From contig NZ_JBOHDN010000104.1 of the NCBI RefSeq assembly GCF_050699375.1, positions 1,151 through 65,150 on the forward strand: a stretch of DNA of 64,000 nt, written 5' to 3'. Shown piece by piece: positions 1-10,377 of this stretch (its first letter is position 1; every line of letters begins with the position of its first letter). The position numbers and the translations under genes are program-made. The notes below the pieces were generated by a model. It was not told the origin of the DNA and did not search any database. It saw nothing but the letters and a program-made list of their open reading frames with translations. Source of the DNA: Nocardioides sp. GTDB taxonomy: Bacteria > Actinomycetota > Actinomycetes > Propionibacteriales > Nocardioidaceae.

Positions 1-427
1 TCCATTGGATCTTTCCGCCGGCGAAGTAGGTGGCGGGCGGGAGACCGGCCTTCTGCCGGATGATGTCGCCTCGTCCGTCCTTGTCCAGGGCGGAGGCGAT
101 CCGGTCGGTGCGGGTGTCCTGCCAGACGATCGCGTTGTAGTAGGGGCGTCCGGTCTTCTTGTTCCACACGACCGTGGTCTCGCGCTGGTTGGTGATGCCG
201 AGCGCGGCGATGTCCTTCTCGGTCAGGCCCTTGCGGCCGAGCGCGGTCTGGATCACCGCGCTGGTGCGCTCCCAGATCTCTACCGGGTTGTGCTCGACCC
301 AGCCCGCCTTCGGCATGATCTGCTCGTGCTCGAGCTGGTGGCGGGCCACCTCGTTGCCGCCGTGGTCGAAGATCATGCAGCGGGTGCTGGTGGTGCCTTG
401 GTCGACGGCTGCTACGTAGTCGGGCAT
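1..427 (-). CDS. glpK: glycerol kinase, N-terminal about 142 codons (3' end lies beyond the window edge)
   Basis: Reverse translation from ATG (complement of 425-427) reads [43 protein letters not shown], the FGGY/GlpK N-terminal signature. It lies directly downstream of glpF on the same strand. Confidence 0.85.
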   Translation of the reverse strand, partial: MPDYVAAVDQGTTSTRCMIFDHGGNEVARHQLEHEQIMPKAGWVEHNPVEIWERTSAVIQTALGRKGLTEKDIAALGITNQRETTVVWNKKTGRPYYNAIVWQDTRTDRIASALDKDGRGDIIRQKAGLPPATYFAGGKIQW

Positions 428-440
428 GTCGTCGGTCCTC

Positions 441-480
441 TCTGTGTCTCTTCGTGTCTCTTCGTGTCTCTGGGTCTGTG
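441..480. repeat. 10-bp tandem repeat (tctgtgtctc / ttcgtgtctc / ttcgtgtctc / degenerate tgggtctgtg) in the glpF-glpK intergenic leader
   Basis: Read directly from the sequence. Three good copies plus one degenerate copy, ending 14 nt before the glpK start codon. Confidence 0.6.
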
Positions 481-503
481 GGGGTTCCGGTCGGTCTTCT
501 CGG

Positions 504-1358
504 TCAGGCGGTCCTGCGCTCGGGCTCCAGGCTCTCCTCGTCGGCTTCCTGCGGGAGGGTGCCGACCTCCTCAGCCTCCTCCTCCGCGGGCAGGAAACGC
601 GAGATCAACACCTTGTACGCTCCGGCGCCGATGAGCCCGCCGACCAGCGGGCCGAGGATCGGGATCCAGAAGTAGAGGTCTCCGGCGGCGGTCACCCACG
701 CTCCGTCGTAGCCGGTGACGAAGGAGGCCAGGCGCGGTCCGAAGTCACGGGCGGGGTTGATGGCGTAGCCGGCGTTGGTGCCCCAGGCCATGCCGATGCC
801 GACGATGACGAAGGCGATCGCGACCGGGGAGAACCAGGCGAGCGGGGCGGAGTTCTTCGCGTCGGTGATCGCCATGATCAGGAACAGCAGGATCGCGGTG
901 CCGATCACCTGGTCGGCGAAGGCGGTGGTGAGGCTGATGCCGAGCCCGGCGTCGCCGTTGCCCGGGAGCGTCGAGAAGATGCCCTGGGTGGCGTGCGTGT
1001 GGCCGGGGTCGACGCTGGTGATCGCGTCGCCGTAGGCGAAGCGGACGATGAGGGCCGCGACGAAGGCTCCGAGGATCTGGGCGACGCTGTAGGGCAGCAC
1101 CTTGCGCCACTCGAAGTCGCTGAACACCGCCATCGCGAGGCTGACGGCCGGGTTGAGGTGGGCGCCGCTGATCCTCCCGGCGGTGTAGATGCCGAGCATC
1201 ACCCCGATCCCCCAGCCCCAGGCGATCGAGTCGTGGTCTCCGAGGCCGCCGTCGCCGGTCACGACCTGCGCGACCACTCCGACTCCGAACAGGATCAGGA
1301 TCGCCGTCCCGGCGAACTCCGCACTGAGCTCTCCGATGAGCGTTCGACGTTTCAACAT
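504..1358 (-). CDS. glpF: MIP-family aquaglyceroporin (glycerol uptake facilitator)
   Basis: 284-aa ORF with two NPA boxes (HLNPAVS, AINPARD) and six hydrophobic segments; located upstream of glpK. Confidence 0.9.
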   Translation of the reverse strand: MLKRRTLIGELSAEFAGTAILILFGVGVVAQVVTGDGGLGDHDSIAWGWGIGVMLGIYTAGRISGAHLNPAVSLAMAVFSDFEWRKVLPYSVAQILGAFVAALIVRFAYGDAITSVDPGHTHATQGIFSTLPGNGDAGLGISLTTAFADQVIGTAILLFLIMAITDAKNSAPLAWFSPVAIAFVIVGIGMAWGTNAGYAINPARDFGPRLASFVTGYDGAWVTAAGDLYFWIPILGPLVGGLIGAGAYKVLISRFLPAEEEAEEVGTLPQEADEESLEPERRTA

Positions 1359-1514
1359 GCGCTGCTCCTGCCGTGTGGGGTCTGGCGGACCTCAGCACCG
1401 TAGGGACGGGTGATGTGCGTCACAACGGGCGCCGTTCAGCATGGCGGAACGGCCGCTTCCCGGGATTGATCGAAAGTGACGTACGCCTATGGCGGGCCCC
1501 CTACGCTTTTACCG

Positions 1515-2291
1515 ATGTCTCGGACCGTGCAATCCGTCGAGCGGGCTGCCGCGCTGCTGCGCGTGCTCTCCGCCGAGAGCGAGCCGATGGCGCTCGGGCG
1601 GCTCGCGAGTGCGGTGGGACTGGCCAAGCCGACGGCACACGGGTTGCTGCGTACGTTGGTGGTGGCCGGTTTCGTGGACCACGACCCGGTCACCGGCCGC
1701 TATCTGGTGGGACGGAGCCTGCTTCATCTCGGCTCCGTCACCCTCGACCTCAACGAGCTGCGGTCGGTGACGCTCAACTGGGTGGACACGCTGGCGGCGC
1801 GTACGGGCGAGGAGGCTCGGATCGCCGCCTACCGCGAGGGGAGCGCGGTGATCGCGCATCACGTCCTCGGCTCGGGACCCGGTGCCCAGCTGGCCGGCAC
1901 CGGGACCTCGCTGCCACTGCACGCCACGGCACTCGGGAAGGTGCTGGTCGCGTTCGACCCCGGCGCCGCCCGCAGCGTCGTCGGGCGGCAGCTGGACCGA
2001 CTGACGTTCCGGACCATCACCGACCGCTCGCAGCTGCTGCGGGCGCTCGCGGACGCCCGGGACACCGGGTGGGCCGCCGCCGTGGAGGAGGTGCTCCCGG
2101 ATCTGGCCGGGATCGCGGCGCCGGTGCGTGACCGGGGCGGGTACGTCGTCGCGTCCGTGGGGATCGCCGGGCCGGTGCGACGGCTGTGCGACCCCCGGGG
2201 CAACCCCCGTGCCGATCTGGTCGAGCAGGTGACAGGTGTCGCCCGGTCGATCTCACGGGCGCTCGGTCATGGCCGGGCCGCGGTCGCATGA
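1515..2291 (+). CDS. IclR-family transcriptional regulator (GylR-like position next to glycerol genes)
   Basis: ORF 1476-2291. N-terminal wHTH ([36 protein letters not shown]) plus a C-terminal IclR effector domain. ATG at 1515 is preferred over GTG at 1476, but the start is uncertain. Confidence 0.8.
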   Translation: MSRTVQSVERAAALLRVLSAESEPMALGRLASAVGLAKPTAHGLLRTLVVAGFVDHDPVTGRYLVGRSLLHLGSVTLDLNELRSVTLNWVDTLAARTGEEARIAAYREGSAVIAHHVLGSGPGAQLAGTGTSLPLHATALGKVLVAFDPGAARSVVGRQLDRLTFRTITDRSQLLRALADARDTGWAAAVEEVLPDLAGIAAPVRDRGGYVVASVGIAGPVRRLCDPRGNPRADLVEQVTGVARSISRALGHGRAAVA

Positions 2292-2307
2292 GAGGGCGTC
2301 AGGCGGC

Positions 2308-3819
2308 ATGAGCGGGCGTCAGTACGTCGCGGCGCTGGACCAGGGCACGACGTCGACGCGGTGCATGCTCTTCGACCGCGAGGGCCGGATGGTCTCGCTG
2401 GCCCAGCGCGAGCACCATCAGCACTATCCACGGGCAGGCTGGGTCGAGCACGACCCCCTCGAGATCTGGGACATCGTGTGCCGGCTCGTGCCGGAGGCGC
2501 TCGCGGACGCCGGTGCGTCGCCCGATCAGGTGGTCGGGCTCGGGATCACCAACCAGCGCGAGACGACCGTGGTCTGGGACCGGCACACCGGCCGGCCGGT
2601 GCACAACGCGATCGTGTGGCAGGACACCCGCTCGTCCTCCGTGCTCGCCGATATCGCCGCGGAGATGCCCGAGACGGAGATCCAGGATCGGTGCGGGCTG
2701 CCGCTGGTGACGTACTTCTCCGGGCCGAAGGTGCGCTGGCTGCTCGAGCAGGACCCGTCGCTGCGGGCACGGGCGGAGCGCGGGGACCTGCTGTTCGGCA
2801 CGGTCGACTCCTGGTTGGTCTGGAACCTCACCGGCGGGGTCTCAGGCGGGCTGCACGTCACCGACGTGACCAACGCCAGCCGCACGATGCTGATGGATCT
2901 CACCACGCTCGACTGGGATCCAGAGCTGTTGGAGGCGATGCGGGTGCCGCGGGCGATGCTGCCGGAGATCCGGGCGACGGTCGGGTCGTTCGGGACGACC
3001 GTCGCTCCCATCGCCGGGATCCCGTTGACGGCGGTGATCGGCGACCAACAGGCGTCGTTGTTCGGGCAGGCGGGGTTCGACCGCGGCGACGCGAAGTGCA
3101 CCTTCGGAACCGGCGGATTCCTGCTCCTCAACACCGGTTCCACGCCCGTGCGGTCACAGCACGGGTTGATCACGACGGTCGCGCACAAGATGCAGGACGA
3201 GCCCGCGGCGTACGCCCTGGAGGGGTCGATCGCCGTCGCCGGTGCACTCGTGCAGTGGTTCCGCGACAGCCTCGGGCTGATCCGGTCGGCCGCGGAGATC
3301 GAGACCCAGGCGCTCACGGTCGCCGACAACGGTGGTTGCTATGTCGTCCCGGCGTTCACCGGTCTGTACGCACCGCACTGGGAGCCCGAGGCCCGTGGCG
3401 TGATCGTCGGGCTGACGTCGTACGTCACCAAGGCGCACCTGTGTCGCGCCGTCCTCGAGGCGACCGCGTGGCAGACCCGGGAGGTCATCGACGCGATGAA
3501 CGCCGATGCCGACGTGCCGTTGCGACAGCTCGCGGTCGACGGTGGCATGACCGCTGACAACCTGCTCATGCAGACCATCGCCGACTTCCTCGACATCCCC
3601 GTCGTACGCCCGATGGTGGCCGAGACCGTCTCCCGCGGAGCCGCCTATGCGGCCGGGCTCGGGGCCGGCTACTGGCCGGACCGTCAGGTCCTGCGGCGGC
3701 ACTGGCGGCGCGCCGCCGAGTGGCGGCCCGCCATGTCGGCAGCGGTGCGCGACGCCGAGCTCACCCGTTGGAGACGGGCTGTAGAGCTGGCCGTCGCGTG
3801 GGGCGAACCGGCATCGTGA
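2308..3819 (+). CDS. glpK: glycerol kinase paralog (503 aa)
   Basis: [45 protein letters not shown], full-length FGGY kinase. ATG at 2308 lies 17 nt after the IclR stop. Confidence 0.85.
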   Translation: MSGRQYVAALDQGTTSTRCMLFDREGRMVSLAQREHHQHYPRAGWVEHDPLEIWDIVCRLVPEALADAGASPDQVVGLGITNQRETTVVWDRHTGRPVHNAIVWQDTRSSSVLADIAAEMPETEIQDRCGLPLVTYFSGPKVRWLLEQDPSLRARAERGDLLFGTVDSWLVWNLTGGVSGGLHVTDVTNASRTMLMDLTTLDWDPELLEAMRVPRAMLPEIRATVGSFGTTVAPIAGIPLTAVIGDQQASLFGQAGFDRGDAKCTFGTGGFLLLNTGSTPVRSQHGLITTVAHKMQDEPAAYALEGSIAVAGALVQWFRDSLGLIRSAAEIETQALTVADNGGCYVVPAFTGLYAPHWEPEARGVIVGLTSYVTKAHLCRAVLEATAWQTREVIDAMNADADVPLRQLAVDGGMTADNLLMQTIADFLDIPVVRPMVAETVSRGAAYAAGLGAGYWPDRQVLRRHWRRAAEWRPAMSAAVRDAELTRWRRAVELAVAWGEPAS

Positions 3820-4840
3820 ACAAGCGGACGGTTCCGTACGCAGCGGCGACCCAACCTGCCAACAACCCGATCGCGGCGATCCCGGACCCGACCTCGAAGA
3901 CCCCCAGGCCCGTCGCGGCGGCGAGGGCGCTGTTGCCCGTGGCAACGGTCCCGATCGGGAACGTGAACGACCACCAGGTCGGTGCCACCGGCATCCCGGC
4001 ACGGACCTGACGCACCGTCAGCGCGAGCGCCAGGACGGTCCACAGCACCGTGAAGCCCCACACCGGCACGCCGTAGCACACCGCGAGCATGCTGAGCGCG
4101 TGCCCGTAGACGGGCACCACGGATGGGGCGATCTCGCCGAGGTGTTGGACCGCTGTGGTCGACTGCCCCAGGAAGCCCAGCACGATCCACACGGTGGGCA
4201 ATGCCGCCGGGGCGAGGGCACCGTGGCGTACGAGCCGCTGCCAGAGCTGGTTGAGCACGAGAAGTCCGGCGATGACGGTCAGACCGAAGAAGGCGTAGCA
4301 GACGATCAGCAGGGTCTCGCGGGCCTGGCCGGCAGGCAGGTGAGGCACGAGCCCAGCACCGGTCGTGGCCGAGACCATCGGGGGCACGACCGGCATCAAC
4401 CAGCCGCCGGTGGCGCTGTCGTCGGCGACCTCGTGACAGGTGATCGCCCGGTACGGCACGGCGATCGCGGTCCAGAGGCCGAGAAGCGTGCCCACGGTCC
4501 ACAGCACCGCACCCAGCCCGATCGCCGCCGTGGCACCGAGGACCTCGTGGCCGACCCCGACCGTGCCGGCGCCGACGGTCATGAGCGCCATGGCCGGGGC
4601 TCCGTAGAAGTGGGACATCACCGGGTCGTCGTACTGGCGACGCAGCAGCGAGCGCTCCTGCCAGATGCTGAGCAGCATCACCGTCGCCGTGGCCACCAGG
4701 AGAAGGCCTGCTGCCAGCCAGAACGCCAACGCGAGCGGCATCGCTCCCGGGATATCGAAGGGAAGTCCGGGCAGGACGACGGCGACGATGCCGGTGCCCA
4801 TCGTGGCGGCGTACCAGTTCGGACCATAGGGGAGCCTCAT
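3761..4840 (-). CDS. TDT (TehA/Mae1-like) family membrane transporter
   Basis: Polytopic ORF of about 10 TM segments. N-terminal [15 protein letters not shown] resembles tellurite-resistance/dicarboxylate transporter family starts. Start at 4840 chosen, but alternative upstream starts exist. Confidence 0.55.
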   Translation of the reverse strand: MRLPYGPNWYAATMGTGIVAVVLPGLPFDIPGAMPLALAFWLAAGLLLVATATVMLLSIWQERSLLRRQYDDPVMSHFYGAPAMALMTVGAGTVGVGHEVLGATAAIGLGAVLWTVGTLLGLWTAIAVPYRAITCHEVADDSATGGWLMPVVPPMVSATTGAGLVPHLPAGQARETLLIVCYAFFGLTVIAGLLVLNQLWQRLVRHGALAPAALPTVWIVLGFLGQSTTAVQHLGEIAPSVVPVYGHALSMLAVCYGVPVWGFTVLWTVLALALTVRQVRAGMPVAPTWWSFTFPIGTVATGNSALAAATGLGVFEVGSGIAAIGLLAGWVAAAYGTVRLFTMPVRPTRRPALQPVSNG

Positions 4841-4916
4841 ACCTCCATGCTCGCCACCACTGGCAGACGCCGGTAGCACCCACGTGACTGTGGGTTCACA
4901 GGGATACCCTGTGACC

Positions 4917-5804
4917 ATGCTGCCCGACATTCCGTCACTCCGCCTGCTCGTCGACGTCGCCCGGCTGGGCAGCATCGGAGCCGCGGGGCGCGCCGCGGGG
5001 ATGTCGCAGCAGTCGGCCTCGGAACGGCTGCGGGCGATGGAGACCCAGGTCGGCCTTGTGCTCGTACAGCGGGCTCACCGCGGATCGACGCTGACCCAGG
5101 CAGGGACACTGCTGGTCGAGTGGAGCGGTGACCTGCTCGAACGCGCCGACGAGATCGAGAACGCCCTGCAGACGCTTCGCCGCGGCCGCTCCGACGAGCT
5201 GCACGTACAGGCCTCGATGACGACCGCGGAGTACCTGCTGCCGCGCTGGCTCGTCCGCCTGCGGCAGCAGCGGCGGGTTGCGGTGAGTCTCCGCGCCGCC
5301 AACTCCGAAGAGGTCGTCGGCGCGGTACGCCACGGGGAGGCGGACCTGGGCTTCGTCGAGGGCCCGGTCGACACCGCCGGGCTCTCGACGGCGCGGGTCG
5401 GGGTCGACGAGCTCGTGCTGGTCGCGGCCCCCGATGACCGCTGGGCCCGCCGCCGCGCGGGGATCGGCCCGCGCGAGCTCGCGACCCGTCCGCTGACATC
5501 TCGCGAGCAGGGGTCCGGCACCCGGGCGGTCGTGGAGTCCGCGCTGGCAGCCGTGGGCGAGCGCCTGGCCGATCCCGAGGTGGAGTTCGCGACGAACACC
5601 GCGATCCTGGCCGCCGTACGTGCCGGCGGGTCCCCTGCGTTCGTGTCGAGCCGGGCGACCCAGGCCGACGTCGACCTGGGCACCCTCGTCATCGTTCCGG
5701 TGGCTGATCTGGACCTGTCGCGAGAGTTCCGGGCGGTCTGGGTCGGCGGGGCGCGGCCCCCCGCCGGACCCGTGCGCGACCTCCTCGGGATCGCCGGCGT
5801 CTGA
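4917..5804 (+). CDS. LysR-family transcriptional regulator
   Basis: N-terminal HTH LRLLVDVARLGSIGAAGRAAGMSQQSASERLRAME plus a LysR substrate-binding region; divergent from the TDT transporter. Confidence 0.85.
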   Translation: MLPDIPSLRLLVDVARLGSIGAAGRAAGMSQQSASERLRAMETQVGLVLVQRAHRGSTLTQAGTLLVEWSGDLLERADEIENALQTLRRGRSDELHVQASMTTAEYLLPRWLVRLRQQRRVAVSLRAANSEEVVGAVRHGEADLGFVEGPVDTAGLSTARVGVDELVLVAAPDDRWARRRAGIGPRELATRPLTSREQGSGTRAVVESALAAVGERLADPEVEFATNTAILAAVRAGGSPAFVSSRATQADVDLGTLVIVPVADLDLSREFRAVWVGGARPPAGPVRDLLGIAGV

Positions 5805-5828
5805 GCCCGGCCGGGGGCCGCGGGCCGT

Positions 5829-6257
5829 TCAGGCGCTTGTCTGCGGGGGTTCCTCGACTGCGCTGCCATCCCGGTGCGAGGCGAGCTCCTCGACGAGGAT
5901 CGGCACCCCGACGTTGCACGAGTGGATGCCGACCACGGTGGCGAGCTTGAGCACCTCGAGGATCTCCTCGCCGGTGACCCCCAGCTCCAGCGCGGCCCGG
6001 ATATGGCGACGTACGCCGGGGGCGTACATGTGCGTGCAGGCGGCGTCGACCGCGATGCAGAGCAGTTCGACGACCTTCGGGGAGAGAACACCGTTACGCC
6101 AGGACTGGGTGGCCAGTCCCAGGTACTTCTCGGTCCACTCGGGGTCGAGCTCGGCGAGCCCGTCCCACAGGCCGTTCCACTGCCCGGCGGCGCGCATCGC
6201 CGAGACCACGCCGTCCGGCGACGGCACGTCCTCGGATCGGTCGTCGGGGCCGGTCAC
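5829..6257 (-). CDS. carboxymuconolactone decarboxylase (AhpD-like) family protein
   Basis: 142 aa. VVELLCIAVDAACTHMY..GVTGEEILEVLKLATVVG matches the CMD-domain pattern. Confidence 0.75.
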   Translation of the reverse strand: MTGPDDRSEDVPSPDGVVSAMRAAGQWNGLWDGLAELDPEWTEKYLGLATQSWRNGVLSPKVVELLCIAVDAACTHMYAPGVRRHIRAALELGVTGEEILEVLKLATVVGIHSCNVGVPILVEELASHRDGSAVEEPPQTSA

Positions 6258-6856
6258 GACCGAATCAGCTCACTTCGGTCCCTCGGCGCGGACCGATGGA
6301 GCAGGTCCGCGACGAGGTCGTCCACCCCGGGCCACGCACCGTAACCCGAGGCAGGGTTGAGGTGGCCGACCTCGCCCAGGTCCACGAGGCGCGAACCCCA
6401 GGTCTCAGCCATGCCGGCGACCCTCCTGAAGCGGGCCAGCGGGTCGTTCCGGCTCGCCGCGACGGTTGTCGGGAAGGGCAGCCGGCGCCGCGGTACCGGG
6501 GCCCAGCCGTTGGCGTGGAGCTCGGCCTGCGCGGGATAGCCGTCGGGCAGCGGCACCTCGAAGTCGGGTGGCGCCGCCAGCAGCGCGGCGCGGACGGGCC
6601 GCGTACCCGTCTGCGCCCAGTGCACCGTGATCAGGCAACCGGCGCTGTGCGCCACGAGGACGACCGGGCCGTCGATCGCGTGGAGCACCTCGTCGAGGGC
6701 GGCCACACGCGCTGCGAGGCTGAGCACGTCGTGCTCGAGGGGTGGCACGATCCGCGCCGTGTCGAGCCGGTCTGCGTACAGCGTCTGCCAGTGTTCGGCG
6801 ACGTGATCGCGGAGCCCGGGGACGATCACGATCGTCGGGGAGTCGGCGGAGGTCAT
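6254..6856 (-). CDS. alpha/beta hydrolase, YdeN/RBBP9-like serine hydrolase
   Basis: 200 aa. IVIVPGLRDHVAEHWQ and nucleophile elbow VAHSAGC. Its stop overlaps the downstream CMD start by 4 nt. Confidence 0.65.
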   Translation of the reverse strand: MTSADSPTIVIVPGLRDHVAEHWQTLYADRLDTARIVPPLEHDVLSLAARVAALDEVLHAIDGPVVLVAHSAGCLITVHWAQTGTRPVRAALLAAPPDFEVPLPDGYPAQAELHANGWAPVPRRRLPFPTTVAASRNDPLARFRRVAGMAETWGSRLVDLGEVGHLNPASGYGAWPGVDDLVADLLHRSAPRDRSELIRS

Positions 6857-6881
6857 GAGTTTCTCCTTACGGGTGGGGCGG

Positions 6882-8204
6882 TCAGGAAGCGGTCGCCGCG
6901 GTCACTGTCTGCAGCCGTCGTACGCCGGCAGGGTGCAGGCGGCGGCCGAGCAGGAGCACCGCCATGGCAGGCAGGTACATGACTGGAGCGAACTGCAGGG
7001 CGGTCAGCAGGCCGACCTGGTCCGCCAGGACCCCCACCACGAACGGACCGAGGGCCAGACCGAGCAGGTTGTTGGAGAGGGTCAGGGTGCCCATCGCGGT
7101 GGCGCGCACGGAGGCGTGGGTGAGACTCGCGACCATGGCGGCGGTCGGACCGGAGGAGCCGGCCGCGAAGAACGCGCCCAGCCCGATGAGGACTGACGCC
7201 CAGGTCCCGTTGTCCAGGTGGAAGCCGACCGGGAGACAGACCAGCGAGATGGTGCAGAAGGCGACCGCGGCGAGCCACTTGCGAGTGACGTCGCCGCGTC
7301 CCACCCGATCGGTGATCATCCCGCAGACGACCATGCCGCTGCCGATCAGCAGGACGAAGCCTGCGGCGGCCATCGCGGCCCGATCGGTGGCCATACCGTG
7401 GTAACGGTTGAAGAAGCTGGGCATCCAGGCAAGCATCACCGCGGCGGTGAACATCTGCAGGCCACCACCGACGTAGGCGCACAACACCGCGGGATTGGTG
7501 TAGAGGCTCGACAGCGGTGCCCGCAGCCGGCGTGAGGACATCCCAGGCTCGGTCTCCTCGATGTCCTTCTCGGCCCTGTGTGCGGCCAGCCTCCGCTCGC
7601 TCACCACGAGCCGGAAGACCGCGACCAGGAGCAGACCGAAGACGCCCATGGCCAGGAAGGACCAGCGCCAGCCGAGCTGGGTGGCGATGACGCCGCCCAG
7701 AACGACCCCGACGACGGACCCGAACGAGCCGCCGGCCATGAAGGCGCCGCTCAGCGTCGCATGCAGCCGCGGCGCGAAGACACTGAGCACCAGCGCGATG
7801 CCGACGCTCCCGTACGCGGCCTCACCCACGCCGACGAGGAACCGCGCAGCGAGCATCTGCTCGTAGTTGGCGGCCAGCGCGCAGAGCAGCGTGGCGATGC
7901 TCCACAGCACGGCCATGAGCACGAGGCTCCGGACCCGTCCCCAGCGGTCCGCCACGATGGACAGCGGCAGCGTGAGCAGCCCGACCATCAGCGCGACGAC
8001 ACTGCTCAGCGACGCCAGGTGGGAGTCGGAGAGAGCCCACTCGGTCTTGAGCACGGGGAACACGGCGCTGAGGACCTGGCGGGACATGTAGTCCGAGAGC
8101 AGCAGCCCGAAGGCGAGGGCGAACACGATCCAGGGGTAGGCGCTTCGCCGGGACGGGCCCGGCACCTGGACCGACGCGGTCACAACAGCATTATGCGTCG
8201 TCAT
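6882..8204 (-). CDS. MFS transporter
   Basis: 440 aa with about 12 hydrophobic segments and the MFS loop motif (ADRWGRVRS). Confidence 0.85.
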   Translation of the reverse strand: MTTHNAVVTASVQVPGPSRRSAYPWIVFALAFGLLLSDYMSRQVLSAVFPVLKTEWALSDSHLASLSSVVALMVGLLTLPLSIVADRWGRVRSLVLMAVLWSIATLLCALAANYEQMLAARFLVGVGEAAYGSVGIALVLSVFAPRLHATLSGAFMAGGSFGSVVGVVLGGVIATQLGWRWSFLAMGVFGLLLVAVFRLVVSERRLAAHRAEKDIEETEPGMSSRRLRAPLSSLYTNPAVLCAYVGGGLQMFTAAVMLAWMPSFFNRYHGMATDRAAMAAAGFVLLIGSGMVVCGMITDRVGRGDVTRKWLAAVAFCTISLVCLPVGFHLDNGTWASVLIGLGAFFAAGSSGPTAAMVASLTHASVRATAMGTLTLSNNLLGLALGPFVVGVLADQVGLLTALQFAPVMYLPAMAVLLLGRRLHPAGVRRLQTVTAATAS

Positions 8205-8213
8205 GACATGTCC

Positions 8214-9266
8214 CTAGGCGTGGTGGGTGAAGCCGACCTGGCCGGGAAGGCGGTTCGGTGCGTAGCCGAGCTTCGCCAGAGTCTCATCAGCGTCGGCGTA
8301 CGTCTGGCCGATCCGGTAGAGGTCGTGGGCGTCCTTGGCGTCGGCCACCTCTCGCCCGAGCTCGGCGGCGATCCGGACCAGCTGCTTGATCTGCTGGACC
8401 GAGGTGTACTTCTCCCCCTTGCGGCCCCAGATCGTGTCCTCGTTGCCGCATCGGGTGTGCAGGCCCATCGCGATGGCCATCGCGTTGACCGGGAGGACGC
8501 TGCGCATCAGGGTCTCCAGGGTCAGGCAGGCGCCGTCGGGGACCCGCTGGATGAAGTTCATGATGTTGTACGGGTTGGGGCCGTCGAAGCCGCCGCCGAT
8601 GCCGACCCAGGTCAGGTTGAGCGGGCCGGTGTAGACGCCGCGGCGGATCAGCCGCTCGACGGTCTCCAGCTGGGGGATGCTGGAGAGCTGGAAGTGCGGC
8701 TGGATGCCGTTGGCCTGCAGGCGTCGCAGGTGCTCCTCGACCCAGGCCGGGCCGGCCGGCACGGTCATCTCGCGGTACGCCTCGGCGAGCTCGGGGCGCT
8801 CCATCGAGGTGCCGGCGATGTCGTCGGCCGTCATCAGCTCCATGATGTTCATCTGGCTGGTGTTGATCGCGATGGTGACCTGGTCGGGCTTCGGGTCGAG
8901 CTCGGCGAGCATGTGCCGGGTGTCGTCGGAGAGCCACTTGGCATCCGCACCCTCGCCCTCCGGCGCGAACGAGATCGAACCACCGATCTGCAGGATCATG
9001 TCCGGGACGGCCTCGCGCAGCCCGGCGAGGAGCTCGTTGAACTTGGAGAGTCGCTTGGAGCCCTTGCCGTCGAGCTCGCGGACGTGGATGTGGAGGACGG
9101 TGGCACCGGCCTCGAAGCAGTCCACCGCTTGCTGGATGTGCTCCTCCATGGTCAGCGGCAGGTCCTCGCGGAAGTCGTCCGGCTCCCACTCGGGGCCGTA
9201 CGGGGCGGCGGTGATGACCAGCTTGTCCTGAGCTTCGGGGAACAGGGCGTCGTCGTGAAAGTGCAT
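8214..9266 (-). CDS. DUF849 / beta-keto acid cleavage enzyme (BKACE, 3-keto-5-aminohexanoate cleavage enzyme family)
   Basis: 350 aa. KLVITAAPYGPEW.., ATVLHIHVRE.., TIM-barrel-like pattern typical of BKACE. Confidence 0.75.
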   Translation of the reverse strand: MHFHDDALFPEAQDKLVITAAPYGPEWEPDDFREDLPLTMEEHIQQAVDCFEAGATVLHIHVRELDGKGSKRLSKFNELLAGLREAVPDMILQIGGSISFAPEGEGADAKWLSDDTRHMLAELDPKPDQVTIAINTSQMNIMELMTADDIAGTSMERPELAEAYREMTVPAGPAWVEEHLRRLQANGIQPHFQLSSIPQLETVERLIRRGVYTGPLNLTWVGIGGGFDGPNPYNIMNFIQRVPDGACLTLETLMRSVLPVNAMAIAMGLHTRCGNEDTIWGRKGEKYTSVQQIKQLVRIAAELGREVADAKDAHDLYRIGQTYADADETLAKLGYAPNRLPGQVGFTHHA

Positions 9267-9316
9267 GATCGTTCTCTCTTTCCGGGGTGGTTTCGTTGTG
9301 GCTCGGGGCTTGGGTT

Positions 9317-10228
9317 TCAGAAGGGGCGGTCGCCGACGATCCCGGCGCGCTCCATCCTTCGAACCGCCGGCCAGTAGTCCTGGACGGCGTAGTGCTGGGT
9401 GGAGCGGTTGTCCCAGATCGCGAAGCTGTTCCGGGTCCAGCGCCAGCGCACCTGGTACTCGGGGATGCTCGCCCGGCTCGTGAGGTAGCGGAGCAGCTCA
9501 CCGGCGCCCGGCGCGTAGTCGATGCCGGTGCGTACGTTCTCGGCGGTGTGGAAGTTGGTCAGGTGAGTGGTGAAGCTGTTGACGAACAGGACCTTCTCGC
9601 CGGTCTCCGGATGCGTACGCACCACGGGATGCTCCGCGTCGGGGAACCGATCCTTGAGCGCGAGCCGTTCCTCGAGCGGCATCCGGGCGCCGAAGGTCGC
9701 CTCGATGCTGTGTCGCGCCCGGAGACCGGCGATCTTCGCCTTGACCTCGTCGGGCAGCTGCTCGTAGGCGAGCGCCATGTTGACCCACATCGTGTCCCCG
9801 CCCGCCTCGGGTCCCTCGACGCATCGCAGGACACTGCCCATCGGCGGGTTCACCCGCCAGGTCGCGTCGCAGTGGTAGGCGTTCTCGAATCGCTCGGGCG
9901 GGCTGTCGAGGTCCTTGTAGATCCGGACCAGGCCGGGGTGCTCGGGGTCGGAGCCGACGACCGGGTGATCCTCGAGCTGCCCGAACCGCTCGGCCAGCGC
10001 GACGTGCTCGGCGCGGGAGATGTCCTGGTCGCGGAAGAAGACGACCTTGTGGCGCAGCAGCAGCGCCTTCAGCTCCGCGAAGAGCGCCTCGTCACGGGCG
10101 ACCTCAGCGAGGTCGACTCCCGACAGCTCCGCGCCGATGCTGCAGGTCAGCGGCTCGACCTCGAAGCTCGCCCCCGGCTCGGCAGCCGTCGCGAGACGGT
10201 CGGGACCGGCGTACGTGGTTGTGTTCAT
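9317..10228 (-). CDS. TauD/TfdA-family Fe(II)/2-oxoglutarate dioxygenase
   Basis: 303 aa. HCDATW (HxD facial triad) and ..WDNRSTQHYAV C-terminal motif typical of the TauD family. Confidence 0.85.
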   Translation of the reverse strand: MNTTTYAGPDRLATAAEPGASFEVEPLTCSIGAELSGVDLAEVARDEALFAELKALLLRHKVVFFRDQDISRAEHVALAERFGQLEDHPVVGSDPEHPGLVRIYKDLDSPPERFENAYHCDATWRVNPPMGSVLRCVEGPEAGGDTMWVNMALAYEQLPDEVKAKIAGLRARHSIEATFGARMPLEERLALKDRFPDAEHPVVRTHPETGEKVLFVNSFTTHLTNFHTAENVRTGIDYAPGAGELLRYLTSRASIPEYQVRWRWTRNSFAIWDNRSTQHYAVQDYWPAVRRMERAGIVGDRPF

Positions 10229-10241
10229 GGCTGTCTCTCCT

Positions 10242-10311
10242 GTCTGTGGTCGGTCTGTCTGTGGTCGGTCTGTCTGTGGATCGTTCTGTCTGTGGATCGG
10301 TCTGTGGGTAG
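10242..10311. repeat. 15-16-bp tandem repeat, 4 copies plus a partial copy (gtctgtggtcggtct x2, gtctgtggatcgttct, gtctgtggatcggtct), in the 5' leader of the TauD-family gene
   Basis: Read directly. The array starts 14 nt upstream of the TauD start codon (complement of 10226-10228). Confidence 0.75.
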
Positions 10312-10377
10312 GGGCGACCGCCGGCGAGGCCGGGTGCCTCGTCGTTGTTCGGCCCGGGCGGATGTCGGGCGGTGGCC

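Noticed and set aside
5-634. 209-aa plus-strand ORF at the window start
   Set aside because: It is antisense to the glycerol kinase N-terminus, whose GlpK signature is unambiguous on the minus strand.
7578-9377. 599-aa plus-strand ORF
   Set aside because: It is antisense to the MFS and DUF849 genes and has a low-complexity Arg/Gly/Asp-rich translation. Shadow ORF.
10242-10311. Tandem repeats here (and at 441-480, 34041-34103, 43169-43240, 58230-58345) as possible CRISPR arrays
   Set aside because: The units are contiguous without unique spacers and are only 10-21 bp long. No cas genes are present.
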